Source: Eledone cirrhosa (Eukaryota). From it: a stretch of 64,000 nt of DNA. Under the pieces are notes generated by a model, which was given only the letters and a program-made list of their open reading frames with translations, had not been told where the DNA came from and searched no databases. The DNA lies in assembly GCA_964016885.1 (NCBI GenBank), contig OZ024743.1, positions 273,544,001-273,608,000 on the forward strand, read 5' to 3'. Shown one piece after another: positions 15,123 to 29,016 of this stretch. The position numbers and the translations under genes are program-made. Each line of letters begins with the position of its first letter. Within the stretch, counting starts at the first letter, position 1.

Positions 15123-15300
15123 TGAAAAAGTGTCAGGACCCCGACGGCTGAGCTCCAGCCGTTTCGACAGCTACAACTGACCTGTTCGGATCTCGTCGGG
15201 GACCTGACTCTTTTTCCTATTACCCACTCTACTACCCTAACTAACAAGTACTCTGGTGCAGTTATGATCCACATGATATCTTACCACACCTTCTTTCTTA
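15123..15300. mobile_element. Family P, copy 2 (one arm partly deleted)
   Basis: gtcaggaccccgacg...cgtcggggacctgac followed by the tail tattacccactctactaccc...ttaccacac. Flanked by (TA)n. Confidence 0.85.
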
Positions 15301-18300
15301 TATATATATATATTATGGTGACATTTTCCTGTCATCATTTCCATTATTTATTATTTCTACATACATTTTATGCATCTGTATTTATGTTACTACTATGATT
15401 CGTGTCAAGGATGTGAAAGCGATATAACAGTATGCGAAATTATCAGATCATTTTAAAAACATTTCAGTTATTTCAGTGAATTATTTATTTTCATTATTTA
15501 ATAGGTTAAAAATTGAAGTAAGTCGTTAATTGTAAAGAAAATATTTTACCTGTTTGGTTTCGTTAATATTACCGTCATCAGCATCATAATTATTGCCTCA
15601 AATACAGAGATGGAAAAGAGATATTCAAGAAATCTAGGCCTCCAAAACGGTTTCCATTACTGATTCATAACAATCTCTCTCTTAATGTGTGCGTTTGTGT
15701 ATGGGGGTGGTGGTGGTATGGGTGCGTGAATGTGTGGTTCTTGTATGGACATTACGTTTTGCATTTATCAATGATCAATTAGGTTCTCAATCATAGTTCA
15801 TTATTAATTTATTAATCAGTAATTATTATGCAAAGTTTCAGCCTAAAGTTATAAAGAATATCACAATGATGGATCTATTTTTTTTTAAGTACCTTAAATA
15901 TTGCAAGAAACTCCTTAATTTACAAACAAAATATAGCCAGAGTGATTGAGAAAGAAAAAAATAAAAGATTGAGAGTATCAAATGAGAAATTTACGATAAA
16001 GAAGGCAAGACAAAATTATTTTTTGAGAGAGTCTAAGATGTTATTTCACTGGTAAAACGACAAGGACCTCATCTGTTCAATTCTAGACATGAACTATGCA
16101 GCTATTTGTAAGTTAGCATGGTTTATTCTTCCAGAAGTACAAACCAGGGCAATGATGTCCTGGATGACTCTCGGCCGGTCGTATATACAAGACTCTCCTC
16201 TGCACAACGCCGATCGGGAAAGGCAAAAACTGATAGAAGTTGACAACTGTGTAGTCGCAACATGGAGTAACATGAAATAGTGTCTCGCTTAATGACAAAA
16301 CACGCCACCAGGTTCGGTATTTGAATTCCCATCCTTACTATCGTGAGCGCAGCATCCTAGCCATTGTGCCATACACCTTCGAATTCAGCAGTGTGCATTC
16401 GTGTAAGTACTAACCAAGTTCGTTCTTAATTCATCTCAGCAGTCGGGTGAGAAGCATTGCTTTGAACGCGATATGACCCTAAACATTTTTATTGCCCTAA
16501 AGTTGATAAAATAATTGATAACAGTGGCATACTTTAGTCGATCATCTCGAAGTCTATCCTTACCCATTAGTACACTCCACGAAGACGAGCCATTGGAGGA
16601 TCCTCAGCGTGAAAATAGGGTATGCTAAAATGTAGATAAATTATATCGAGAAAGACACGACTGAAATGTTTTGATCTTACGTCTTCTCTAATAGTACAGG
16701 CCTCGGATTAGAAATTCATCCATTATCCTAGTAACGATATTGAGAAGCAGAAATGTATTTAATTTAGAGAACAGCGTAAGACAATTTTACGATGATAATT
16801 TCTACGTAAGAAGTATACTGTTCTGTTCTAGCGAATATACTAACCCTAAAAAGCAAAAATAATATTTCAATTGAAATTACAACCAAGAAAAGAAAAAAAT
16901 TATTAGTGAGTTAAATATCCAAGTTAAATAGACTGTCACATGTATTGGAAAATACGTTTCATTCTTGGAAGAAACAGTGAAAATTTCTGAAATGTCCGCT
17001 CTTATATTTCCTCGTATTCACCACCTCTTACAAGGAATTTAACAGGATCTAGATATCTACGTGAGAATTATGCACTACACTGATTAGACATAACCGTTGT
17101 CAATTTAAAATATCTTAATCCAAAACGTTCTTTTTCGGTATTTTCGCGAAGTTATTTATTCTACGCTATTTGGTTTCTCTTCGCAATGCGTGTAATTCCA
17201 ATGAGCATATTTGGTTAGTCATTAGGGATTTCTTCAATTCCATTGAGGTATAGAATTTGTTGGAAATTTGGATTATCTTTACAACTGATTTCTCTTAATT
17301 ACTTCTGAACTTGTTCCATTTCAATTGTTGAAATCTTAATATTTTAGCATGTTAGCATTTCTGTAAATGCATGAACTGCTGGGAATACTAAATTTCATCA
17401 ATCCCCTCTCCTATAATTTTAAAATAAGAAATATATATTGTAAAATATAAACCAAGTGAATATTTAAGGTTCATTAGTAATATGGAATCGTCATCAGAAG
17501 CAGCAACTAGTGCATGGCGTGGTCTTTGAAGATATATTGTATACGTCTACTGTATTTATTGGTCAGTGGTTCTAAATGTCATAGTCGGTAATAGTAGTAA
17601 GTATATTTTGTAGCCATTGAAATTGTGGATTATTTTAATGTGCGAGGCTTTACGTGCAATTTTTGACGTAGGAGTTTGTGGTAGTAACAACAATGCTGCT
17701 GACGGTTGTTATAGCAATAATACTTGTAATGTTGCTGTAATGTTACTGTAATGTTACTGTAATTCAATGATGACATCAGTAACCTTTCGTAACGAGGTTA
17801 TGTGTAGAAGGTCATGATAGTCCATATATGTAGTTGTTTTAAAACAGAAATTAATAATACTGAATGACTAGAATCATTTCGAATTTCTTTTACCCATTAG
17901 TGTTGACTACGAATCCAATTTTCTAAACCAGATCAGATATATATTTGCGGTCATCATAGTATAGTCACATATACAAAAGTAGTGTCTTCAAAGTGTCAAG
18001 TTTCCTTTTCATGCGTTACATTATATAGATACATAATTGTTTTCTTTTAAACTATACTTTCATTGTAATCCCAAGAGAATTCCGCCCCGTCAGGAGATTT
18101 GGTTAATGAGCTTTCAACTAATTATTTGGTGTATTTGAATGAATATAAATTACTTTTTCTGCAACTGAGATTTATGTATACACCACCGTTTTTCAATATG
18201 TATGTCTTACTACCAGCCACAAACTAATGTACACACACAGACATAGATATAGACTGGTAAATATTCTGTTTACAGACAAAAGAAAAATGTGTTCAGTACA

Positions 18301-18494
18301 TAAATATGAGTTGATATACTGTACTAGTAGCTAAGGCTTATCGAATCATAACTCTAAGTTTCCCTGTGCAGATTATTCAAACGAGTATTTAACGAGGAAT
18401 TAAAACTGAAGGTGATTCATGTCATACTAATACGTATATGGTCATATAATATTACATACAGAAATACATGCACACACACATATATTGAGTAATA

Positions 18495-18564
<70 letters not shown>

Positions 18565-18671
18565 AGAGACGTAAAATAAGAAAATTATAAAATTAACTTA
18601 CTTACTAAAATATCACTTCCAACTAATTTGTTATATATATATATATATATTTATATATATTTATATATATA

Positions 18672-18758
<87 letters not shown>

Positions 18759-18879
18759 TCACCTTACTATCTTTGCTTTCATATTTCTCCTTGCTCGCTT
18801 TTTCTCATTGTATTTGTATATAAACAAGTATATAGATTCAAGAGGAGAAAAGGAGAGCAATATATATATATATATATAT

Positions 18880-19328
18880 ATGAAAAGTGTAATTTTCTAC
18901 ACAAAACGAAGGTTATAGAGAAAATTGAGGTTGGTAATGGCACATGGAATATATAAGAGACAGAATACTTTTTTGTGAAAAAACATAATTTTATAAGGTA
19001 AGGAAATAATAAAGGGTATAAAAAATGACCGGTTTCGATGGGTCTGCAAAAGCCATCTTTTCAAATGTTGATTAATATTAAGAAAAATTAATAATACGAT
19101 CAGAATGACTTGTATTTTAATTTCACTGCCCCAACTTCTTATATTATGGAAAAAAATATGTGTCTGTATGTATATATATATATATATATATATTTGAAGG
19201 CCATTTCTCTGTGTGTGGGTGTATGTATGTGTATATGTGTGTGTGTGTATGTGTGTGCATGTGGATGTATGTATTGTGTGTGCGTGTGTGTGTGTGTGTG
19301 TATGTATGTGGGTATCTGGATGTATGCG

Positions 19329-19361
<33 letters not shown>

Positions 19362-19363
19362 GC

Positions 19364-19394
<31 letters not shown>

Positions 19395-19489
19395 TGTGTG
19401 TATGTGTGTATATATATGTGTGTGTGTGTGTATGTTTGTATGTGTGTATGTATATATATATGTGTGTGTGTGTGTATGTATGTGTGGGG

Positions 19490-19533
<44 letters not shown>

Positions 19534-19600
19534 ATATATATATATGTGTGTGTGTGTGTGTATGTATGTGTGTATCTGGATGTATGTGTATGTATATATA

Positions 19601-19665
<65 letters not shown>

Positions 19666-20273
19666 ATGTGTATATATGTGTGTGTGTGTATGTGTGTATG
19701 TATATGTATGTGTGTGTGTATGTATGTGTGTATATGTATATATATATATATATATGTATATGTATATGTATATGTATGTATGTGTGGATGAAGGTATGTG
19801 TGTATATATAGGTGTAAGTGCACTAAATCCCTTTCTATCACGCTCCACTCTCCTACCCACCACAGGAAGATATGTGTATGTATATTGCTTCCACCCCCCT
19901 CACTGACCAGCAGCTGGCCAGTTGGTGATTGCTAAATCTGACCTTTATAAAATAACCCACACCCCAAATAACTTCTCATTCACTACCAGAAAGGGACACA
20001 GCAGTCAACCTGTTGTTGCTACCTAGATGAAAACTGCTATGAAATCGCACAATGAATTTTATACTTGAATTTTCAAGTCTCAAATTTTAACTCTTCGTAT
20101 TATTAATTTTTCTTAATATTAATCAACATTTGAAAAGATGGCTTTAGCAGACCCATCGAAACCGGTCATTTTTTAAACCCTTTATTATTTCCTTACCTTA
20201 TAAAATTATGTTTTTTCACAAAAAAGTATTCTGTCTCTTATATATTCCATGTGCCATTACCAACCTCAATTTT

Positions 20274-20280
<7 letters not shown>
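18880..20280. mobile_element. Fold-back element with ~185-bp arms, a decayed HHR and a microsatellite-filled interior
   Basis: 18914-19099 is the reverse complement of 20095-20280. There is an extra ~35 nt tail on the left, and (TA)n on both sides. Confidence 0.85.
20125..20172 (+). ncRNA. Decayed minimal hammerhead motif (mirror copy ~19022-19068 minus)
   Basis: TTGAAAA gatgg ctttagcagac ccatc GAAA CCGG TC. Stem II is perfect and helix III is palindromic, but the CTGANGA box has two changes. Confidence 0.45.
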
Positions 20281-20344
<64 letters not shown>

Positions 20345-20348
<4 letters not shown>

Positions 20349-21545
20349 TAAATAATCAATACTTGGGAAGATTATGTAAAAAGATTACAATATTCTTCAA
20401 TAAACCAAACCAAGGCATCACTTTCGAACTTAATTCTAAAAACGCTAACTTCTTAGATGCATCACTCAACCCAAATACAGGACTAATAGAGCCCTTCCAT
20501 AAAAATAACGAAAATCTAGCATACATTAGTTATAACTCAAACCACCCTCGCTCCATAATTAACTCCATAGCACATAATGTATTCCTTAAAATTTCACGCT
20601 TTTCTTGTAACCTATAGATTTTCAATGAACACGCGAACTACTACAACAAGGCTTTACTTAAGGCAGGCCACAAAGAGAGGCTCAAATACATACCAGATAC
20701 AAACAACAACAATAACACCACCCACACCTATAGAAATACCATATATAGGACTAAACATAGAAATAGATAACGAGCACCAGAAATAAATGAACCGAATACT
20801 AATATAAGGACCCCTAGGAACTATAGAAAATCCAGAGATAGGAAATACTTATGGTACAATCCAATATTTAACTCCTCTATAAAAACCAAACCATGTTCTA
20901 CATTCTTTAAACTAATTGACAAACACTTCCCTAAACTTCACAAATACAATACAATCTTTAATAGAAAAACTATCAAACTGTCTTACTCTACTGCAGCCAA
21001 CATAGAATTACACATACATAAAATTAACTATAGAAGAATCTCTAATGAAAATAACCTACAAACAAACACCGTAAGACCAAATACAAAACACAAATACATA
21101 ACAACATACAAAACCAAATAGAGGAACCGGCACACAGGAAGGCCTCAAAATGTAACTGTCACTTACCGGATAAGTGCTCACTACAAAATAGATGCCTGGA
21201 GTCAAATATAGTGTACCTGTGTACTATAATTCAGGCAAATTAGCATGGCACTACATAGGTTCTACGACTGGGGAGTTAAAAAATAGATGGTACGTTAACA
21301 GACATTCTATAAAGAACCGTAGACTAATGAACTCAACAATGCTCGCCAATAAAATCTGGCAGCTTAAAGATACAAACCAAGAATAGCTGGTCGAAACTGT
21401 CGTGGGAAAAAGCCTACAGAAATGGAATGTCCCACTGCGGACTTTGCAATATGGAGCTGCTCCATATTTTAAAATATGACAAAATAGAACGGTCAATTTT
21501 CTGTAGGCATAAAGCAGCTACTAAATTCGGTAATTTCAAATCAAC
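20345..21545 (+). pseudogene. PLE fragment: RT thumb, linker and GIY-YIG
   Basis: NFLDASLN..YISYNSNHPRSIINSI, YLWYNPIFN..IDKHFPK..IFNRKTIKLSYS and YIGSTTGELKNRWY..STMLANKIWQLKD, with frameshifts. Starts at a (TA)n run. Confidence 0.85.
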
Positions 21546-22034
21546 ATAATTCGATCCAACAATCCCATTATTCAACCTGAACCACTTAGAGTCTATTATA
21601 ATAACCCATTATTATTAACTGTCAATAGATCAACTAATCACTGAATCAACATCATAACCTCCTAACATTTCTTTCTTTTACTCTCTTTCCCTAAAACTGT
21701 TTCACCTCTTCCATTATATCCTATCATGTTCCCTTCACCACTCACATAACTTACGATTTATTAATTTATCCTTTATTTAGCAGTGTACTAATTCTTGATA
21801 ATATAATTTAACCAATACATACATGTATATACTAGACGTGAAAAATCCGCAAGCTCAAAAGAGCCAGAGAATGTTATAATAAACCTTCAAAAGAGAGGGA
21901 CTAGATTTGTTGATGAAAAATATTATAATCATTATCTATCGTACGCTGTGATTCTTTTGAGCTTACGCATTTTTCAGGTTTAGTTTAATATTTGTTAAGG
22001 CAACGCTTGTAATAACTCTAGTTAAACATGATAT

Positions 22035-22205
22035 ATATTGTTTCTTATTTTGGCACAAGGACAGCAATTACCCATGCATTACTGGTACTTTATTTTATCG
22101 ACCCCGAAGGATGAAAGGCAAAGTTAACTTCGGCGGGATTTGAACTCAGATCATACAGGGAGGTAACTCTATGCTTCAAAGCATGGCGTCCGATACTCTA
22201 CCGAT
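22035..22205 (-). mobile_element. SINE family A
   Basis: Family core plus ggatttgaactc (B box on the minus strand). Confidence 0.85.
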
Positions 22206-23059
22206 ATATATTAATAATAAATTATTGTTGTAATGTAATTAGATTATATAATTGTTATCTTATAAATATAATTGTAAGATGTATAAAAATATTTTCAGAC
22301 TTTTAATATAAACAACTACAAAAAACAATCAATATTAAATAAATATATTTTACATAATAATTGTTATAGTTGAATTAATAAAAATTAAATATTACATACA
22401 AATAGTCTAACATAATTAAAAAATAATCTAACATAATAATAATAAAATAATCTAACATAAAACGAACAATAATATGAATAAATATACAAGTAAATATGAT
22501 ACAACCAATATTATAAGCATGTTATAACGAACAGAAAAAAAATAGTTAATATAAATTTAAAAAATCATATTATAAATTAACAATATAACTTACCAAAACA
22601 TTAAAACTATTTTGATGATAAAAACGACGAAATACAGGAGGAAGATTCGAAAGCGAAAGTTAAATAAACGTGCAAACCAAGTGGCGGATGCTTTTGAGCA
22701 ACAATTACTCTCATTGGTTGATTAGCCACTAAGACGATGAAATTAGCCAACAAGACGATACATTACAAAAGATGTTTGGCAGGGATCACCACGGCCAGCG
22801 AAACCTCTTGAATGTTTTATTCACAAGCTACGCATATATGTCAGACATGCAGATTTAAAACATTCTGTTGTTAGTCATGCGTGTCTAACAGATTTAATTT
22901 CATATTTATACCATCACATCTTTATACTCTTAACAACACCACCACCACCACAACTATTTTCACCAATCATATAATGTTCACTTTTTTTCACACGCATATT
23001 TTTTACTTATTTTTTATCATCTTCATTCTAACTTATTTATATTTATTTATTTATTTATT

Positions 23060-23480
23060 TATTTTTTTTTTTTTTTCTTGTTTCTTTTTTCTTTTTTCTT
23101 TTTTATTTATTTTTTCTTTTTTCTTTTTTCTTTTTTTCTTTTTTCTTTTTTCTTTTTTCGTTTTTCGTTTTTCGTTTTTCTTTTTTCTTTTTTCTTTTTT
23201 CTTTTTTCTTTTTTCTTTTTTCTTTTTTCTTTTTTCTTTTTTCTTTTTTCTTTTTTCTTTTTTCTTTTTTCTTTTTTCTTTTTCTTTTTTCTTTTTTCTT
23301 TTTTCTTTTTTCTTTTTTCTTCTTTTTCTTTTCTTTTTTCTTTATTCTTTTTTACTTTTATCTTTTTTCTTTTTTTCTTTTTTCTTTTTTCTTTTTTCTT
23401 TTTTCTTTTTTCTTTTTTCTTTTTTCTTTTTTTCTTTTTTATTTATTCTCTCTCTCTTTTTCTTCCTTTTCTTTCTTTAT
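23060..23480 (+). repeat. Long polypyrimidine (T4-6C)n tract
   Basis: About 400 nt of ttttc/ttttttc units. This is the source of the poly-Phe ORFs. Confidence 0.95.
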
Positions 23481-23540
23481 TACTGATGTTATGATTTGAA
23501 TTTTCCTAGTATATTACAAACGCCCTGAATAATTTTAATC

Positions 23541-23652
23541 AGTTATTCTGATGATTTGATTAGGCATACATTGTATTTAAAATTGAGTGACACAACTTCA
23601 AGTGATTAGCAATTTTTAGACACCCTAATCAATGAAACAATTGTTTCTAATT
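23541..23652 (+). ncRNA. Hammerhead motif with a long helix II loop
   Basis: CTGATGA (23548-54), ttgattagg (23556-64) pairing with cctaatcaa (23624-32), then t GAAA CAATTG TT. Stem I pairs only partly. Confidence 0.6.
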
Positions 23653-23884
23653 GTTTATAAATTGTAAATAAAACCCCTTTTGTACTGTTGACCATGTTAT
23701 TCTTCACTCTTTCACTATTATGACTGCAAGATTAACCTGTTAGGAATTCCCGTGAACTCGCAACCTAACTAAGGAAACCACTTGCTGAGTCAAACAACGC
23801 TGTACGTTAAAGCTATCCACAATACGGAGTACTCACAACCTGTAACTGGATTACCTATAACGATAATTTGCTATCCCATATGCA

Positions 23885-23919
<35 letters not shown>

Positions 23920-23924
23920 TAACA

Positions 23925-24033
<109 letters not shown>

Positions 24034-24055
24034 GCATATATATATATATATATAC

Positions 24056-24430
24056 ATATCAACTAGAAATAGATTGACATATATATATAAAATAAACATA
24101 TGAAACAATGAAACAATCACAGGGAATAATTTGTAAAGAATGTAAGTACACATAGCTAGGTAGGTAACTATTTACAGTTTAACTAGAACTTCAAATATAG
24201 ATACCTTTTAAAATGATTAATCTCCTTGTATATACTTCTTTAAGTAAAAAATATATTTCACCAATTAATCCGTAAATCACAGTAGTCAAATTCTCGAATG
24301 GTCACCAAAGGAGCAGAAGATAACTATCTGCGTTTACAAAGAAAATGCAAATCTGCGAATGACTCGAGCCACGTGTTGCATTTTTAAAATAATTATTTAC
24401 AAATTATTCCCTGTGATTGTTTCATATGTT

Positions 24431-24494
<64 letters not shown>

Positions 24495-24610
24495 ATCTAT
24501 TTCTAGTTGATAAGTAATGCTCGGATCTATTCATTGGAACTTTGAGCTTATTCTACAGTGGATATGGCGCATGTCTCTCAGACATGAAAACCCTTAATTT
24601 TAATTTTGGA
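24056..24610. mobile_element. Fold-back element with a ~100-nt tail
   Basis: tatcaactagaaatagattga...cagggaataatttgtaaa is inverted at 24394-24512. The internal TA run is expanded in the right arm. Confidence 0.8.
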
Positions 24611-24655
24611 TATATATATACATATATATATTTGAGTAATATATATATATATATA

Positions 24656-24780
24656 TAGGAACAAGTAAGACCCCAGCCGTCGGGGTCTTACTTGTTCCTA
24701 TTACCCACTCTACTACCCTAAGTATTGAGTACGTTGGTGCGTTATGGTCCACCTGGTTCCTTACCACATTTCCTTCGTTA
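24656..24780. mobile_element. Family P, copy 3 (short hairpin)
   Basis: taggaacaagtaagacccc agccgtc ggggtcttacttgttccta followed by the tail. Confidence 0.85.
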
Positions 24781-25957
24781 TATATATATATATATTTATT
24801 TAGGTTTGTTGGTTCACCACAGGATGAAACTGGTCATTCCTTATGGTCAACCTCGATATAATATTATGGAGAGCACTCAATGTAATGCAACTCAACTCGC
24901 TTTACTCTCATTATATACTTATCATTGTGCTCATTACGCACACGACCCTAGAATATTACTCCCTGTACCCTTATATATGTTTATCTTTATTAACTCCCCC
25001 TACCCACACACGAACCACACTACTACATATAACCCGGACTAACTGGGGACTAATTATAGTCTATTTGCGCATTTCATCGGATTTTACCACTTTTAACCTC
25101 ACCACACGGGTGTGAATAAATGATAATCGTTTGGTAACACGCGATGATCCGACGGATGTGGCGGCTTTCCGGACTGCACGCCGGGCGCTCGGGTAGATCA
25201 GCCTTCCTTGAGTGCTTGGAAAAATAAATTTCCCCTTCTTTCGGTAAACGAAATTACTCGGAACGGTTTCTTCGCTCTGGGGCCCTGTCAGACTTGGAAC
25301 CCGCCACACTACCGGCTTTAACCGCCAATTAGTACCTCTAACTTCTAAGCTTAATCATAACTATTAGCTGTATCATGCCTCCTTCTACTAGCATTTAACT
25401 AAATCGTCTGGTATATAAGATCGCCAGCCGGCGGTGGAGAACTTCCTGCTAACACACCCAACAGCTAGGACCGTTACATTCCTGGAGTGCTCGGAAAAAC
25501 TAATTTCCATTTCTTTCGCTAGACGATATTACTCGGAACGGCTGGCACGTAGTTAGGGCAGGGCTGGCCGGAGGTCTGCAGTCGTCGCTGGTTTTGACCG
25601 CTAAGCAAGGGTTTAATCTTTACTCTATATCCTACCCTGAAACTTTATCGTGACTATCTATAATACACTTAAACGTTTTCATAAAAGCCCGCTTCTGTAA
25701 ATTCTTTAACTAAATCTCACAACCCAAACCTTAAATCTTATTTTTCTAATTTCATCTTCTAACTCTAACCACAAGTTTAACATTTCTAATTGATAAACGA
25801 AATTTCTGTGCACAATTTATACCATACATACGCCCACTATGTATGACTTTGTTGAAGATATATGTTCTTTGAAAAAACATTTTTTGCGGCAATTTCTAGC
25901 ACGCATGATCAGCTTGATTGAGTCATGACCTCAACGTTGACATTTTTCTTTGACAGG

Positions 25958-26484
25958 GTTGTAGTAGCACATTACAAGCCTGCGACCCTCCACCAGAGGT
26001 CTTAATAATCAACACTTGAGGGCGGTCGAACGGGGTAGAAGCTGCTAAATAGTCGGTCGTGCTCTTGTCTCTGATTTTCAGCCCCATGGATTTTATCTGT
26101 TATATTATTTTGTTGTATTTTGAATACCTGATGATGTCACCGGACTCATACTGAACCCGGTCATTCAAATGATGATAGTATGATAAACCTTTCAAGGATT
26201 TACACCAGTCCAGCCTCCTGTTATTTTATAATATATATATCCTTGAAAGTTTTATTATACTATGATCATTTCAATGACGAGGTTCAGTATGAATCCGGTG
26301 ACATCATCAGGTATTCAAAATATAACAGAAGCAGATAAAATCCATGGGCTGAAAATCAGAGACAAGTGGACGACCGACTATTTAGCAGCTTCTACCTCGG
26401 TCGGCCGCCCTCAAGTGTTGATTATTAAGACCACTTATTCCCATCTGATGGAGGGACGCATGCTTGTATTGTGCTACTACCACG

Positions 26485-26485
<1 letters not shown>
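25958..26485. mobile_element. Tail-to-tail inverted pair of HHR-bearing ~250-bp arms
   Basis: 25958-26208 is the reverse complement of 26240-26485. A short (TA)n lies in the centre. Confidence 0.85.
26257..26314 (-). ncRNA. Type I hammerhead motif (more decayed mirror at 26124-26181 plus)
   Basis: Minus strand reads atac CTGATGA tgtcaccgg...cctcgtcatt GAAA TGATCA TA gtat. Stem I is atac/gtat, helix III is palindromic, and stem II is imperfect. Confidence 0.65.
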
Positions 26486-26577
<92 letters not shown>

Positions 26578-26590
26578 TATATATTTATAT

Positions 26591-27720
26591 ATGAAAAAGA
26601 ACACAAGAGCGTCTACAACATCAAAAGGTTTTTATTGGCTAACAATGTTTCTTCCTTACGTGTAACCGTAGGTTTCATCAGAGCTATAAAAGGGGTTTGA
26701 TTGGTGTTATGGACTCTACCAACCAAACACACTTACAAACTTGTGCATCTGCTGTGGTGTCAAAAACAAACGCACATGACCGCACAGATAAACAATAGAC
26801 CATGCCACGTGGCTTGAACCCGTAAGTGAATTGAAGGTTCTGCAACTCTGATACACATATTGTTTATTATTTATTATTAAGATGTATAAACTGGACACGA
26901 CTGTTATCATCCTATATTCTCTCAACGAATTACACTTGATCATATTTCTCTGTCCTGTTTCCCCCCCCAACCATAATTATTATATTTTTATTATTTTTTA
27001 TTATTGTTTGAAAAAAATCGGTTTTTTTACATTGTGTTTTCCCCTCCAAATATTCCCTTATATTTCCTTATATATTCTCTATATATTTTTTATCTTTATT
27101 ATTATTTCCACTTTTATCCTCCTTTATATTTTACCTTATTCTTACCTTTATACCTTATTATAGTGTAATCTTCCCCATGCCTTATTATACACTATTAATT
27201 ATTGATTATTATTATTATTCTTTTTCCATTTCTAATTACCTCATGTACCTCCTCCGCTATATGTATATATGTATTCTACGCCCTTTGTATTTGTGTAGCC
27301 TCTGCGCACCCTCTGCACCATACTATCCACGCCACCCCATCTATGGTTCAGCTAACCACTCGACCCCGGGAATGAATATGACCGCAGCTAGTAAACAAGG
27401 ACCAACACCCCACCCTCCCGCACCAAAATTAGACTTATCGTCCCCTACTTTTGCTCTTTACCCTCTTTACTCTTTGTTCTTGGGTGTTTGGTTGGTAGAG
27501 TCCATAACACCAATCAAACCCCTTTTATAGCTCTGATGAATCCTACGGTTACACGTAAGGAAGAAACATTGTTAGCCAATAAAAAACTGTTGATGTTGTA
27601 GACGCTCTTGTGTTCTTTTTCATATATACGGCTCTGCTCCAAAGCATAGAGGTAATTATTATGCTGCCAATACCTTAATGGGACACGGGTATATACTACC
27701 TAACTCCTACTAACCTAAGT
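26591..27720. mobile_element. Fold-back element with 140-bp HHR-bearing arms and a ~95-nt tail
   Basis: 26591-26731 is the reverse complement of 27484-27624. (TA)n on both sides. Confidence 0.88.
27530..27576 (+). ncRNA. Minimal hammerhead motif (mirror ~26638-26685 minus)
   Basis: gct CTGATGA a tcctacg gttaca cgtaagga a GAAA c att g TT agc. Confidence 0.65.
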
Positions 27721-27862
27721 ATTATATATATATATATATGCATATGCATATGTATCTATATACATATATATATTCAGTAATATATACATGTATATATTCA
27801 GTAATATAAACATATATATATTGAGTAATATAAACATATATATATTGAGTAATATAAACATA

Positions 27863-27975
<113 letters not shown>

Positions 27976-28332
27976 TATATATATATATATGGAGGACTCG
28001 GAGGGATAATAAGAAACTGTGTGTGTAATGTATGCAAACATTGTCAATTAACAATCACCAAACTGGCAAACTCAGTTCGTGTTCACACCTCATTAAATAG
28101 AAACGTATTACATTGTAATGATGTAGGTGAGATGTAGGGAATTCCCGAGCAATTTTCAAAATTAAATTCGTACAATCACTTTCGGAATCCACACCTGCAA
28201 ATAAACTTTATATAACAACTTAGTCAATTAAAAATATATGCTACGGGAGATGACAGAAGATTTAGTTTCAGTATTTGTTTCGGTACGTCAGTTAAATAAA
28301 TAAATAAATATATAAACATAGCCAGTGGAAAT

Positions 28333-28405
<73 letters not shown>

Positions 28406-28437
28406 TGTATACGGAGAGAGAGAGAATATATATATAT

Positions 28438-28827
28438 ATAAAAGAGAAAACACAGGCAAGCATTAAGAGAAGGATTTTATCCAGGTATTTACGACCGTTT
28501 CGTTGGTAAGTACAACCTTATATTGCTATACGGCAAACTTTGAAATTTTGAAAATTTGGAGGTGAACAACAATTATCATTGAGTGTCTGCTATTTGCAGT
28601 ATAGCAATATAAGGTTGCACTTACCAATGAAACGGTCGTAAATAGCCTGATAAAATCCTTCTCATAATGCTTACCTCTGTTTTCTTTTTTATACTTTATA
28701 CTCCAAGATTGAACGGAATTCTTACAAACTTGTGGAGTTACCCCTAACCGTGCGTTGAAACCGTCCGTGAAACTGGCTTTCTTAACCACAAACTGGAACA
28801 CAATAATCAATTTGATGCTTCCCTAAC
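28438..28827. mobile_element. Fold-back element with a ~135-nt tail
   Basis: 28438-28540 is inverted at 28598-28693. The arms contain GAAACGGTC. Flanked by (TA)n. Confidence 0.8.
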
Positions 28828-28961
<134 letters not shown>

Positions 28962-28965
28962 GAGA

Positions 28966-29011
<46 letters not shown>

Positions 29012-29016
<5 letters not shown>

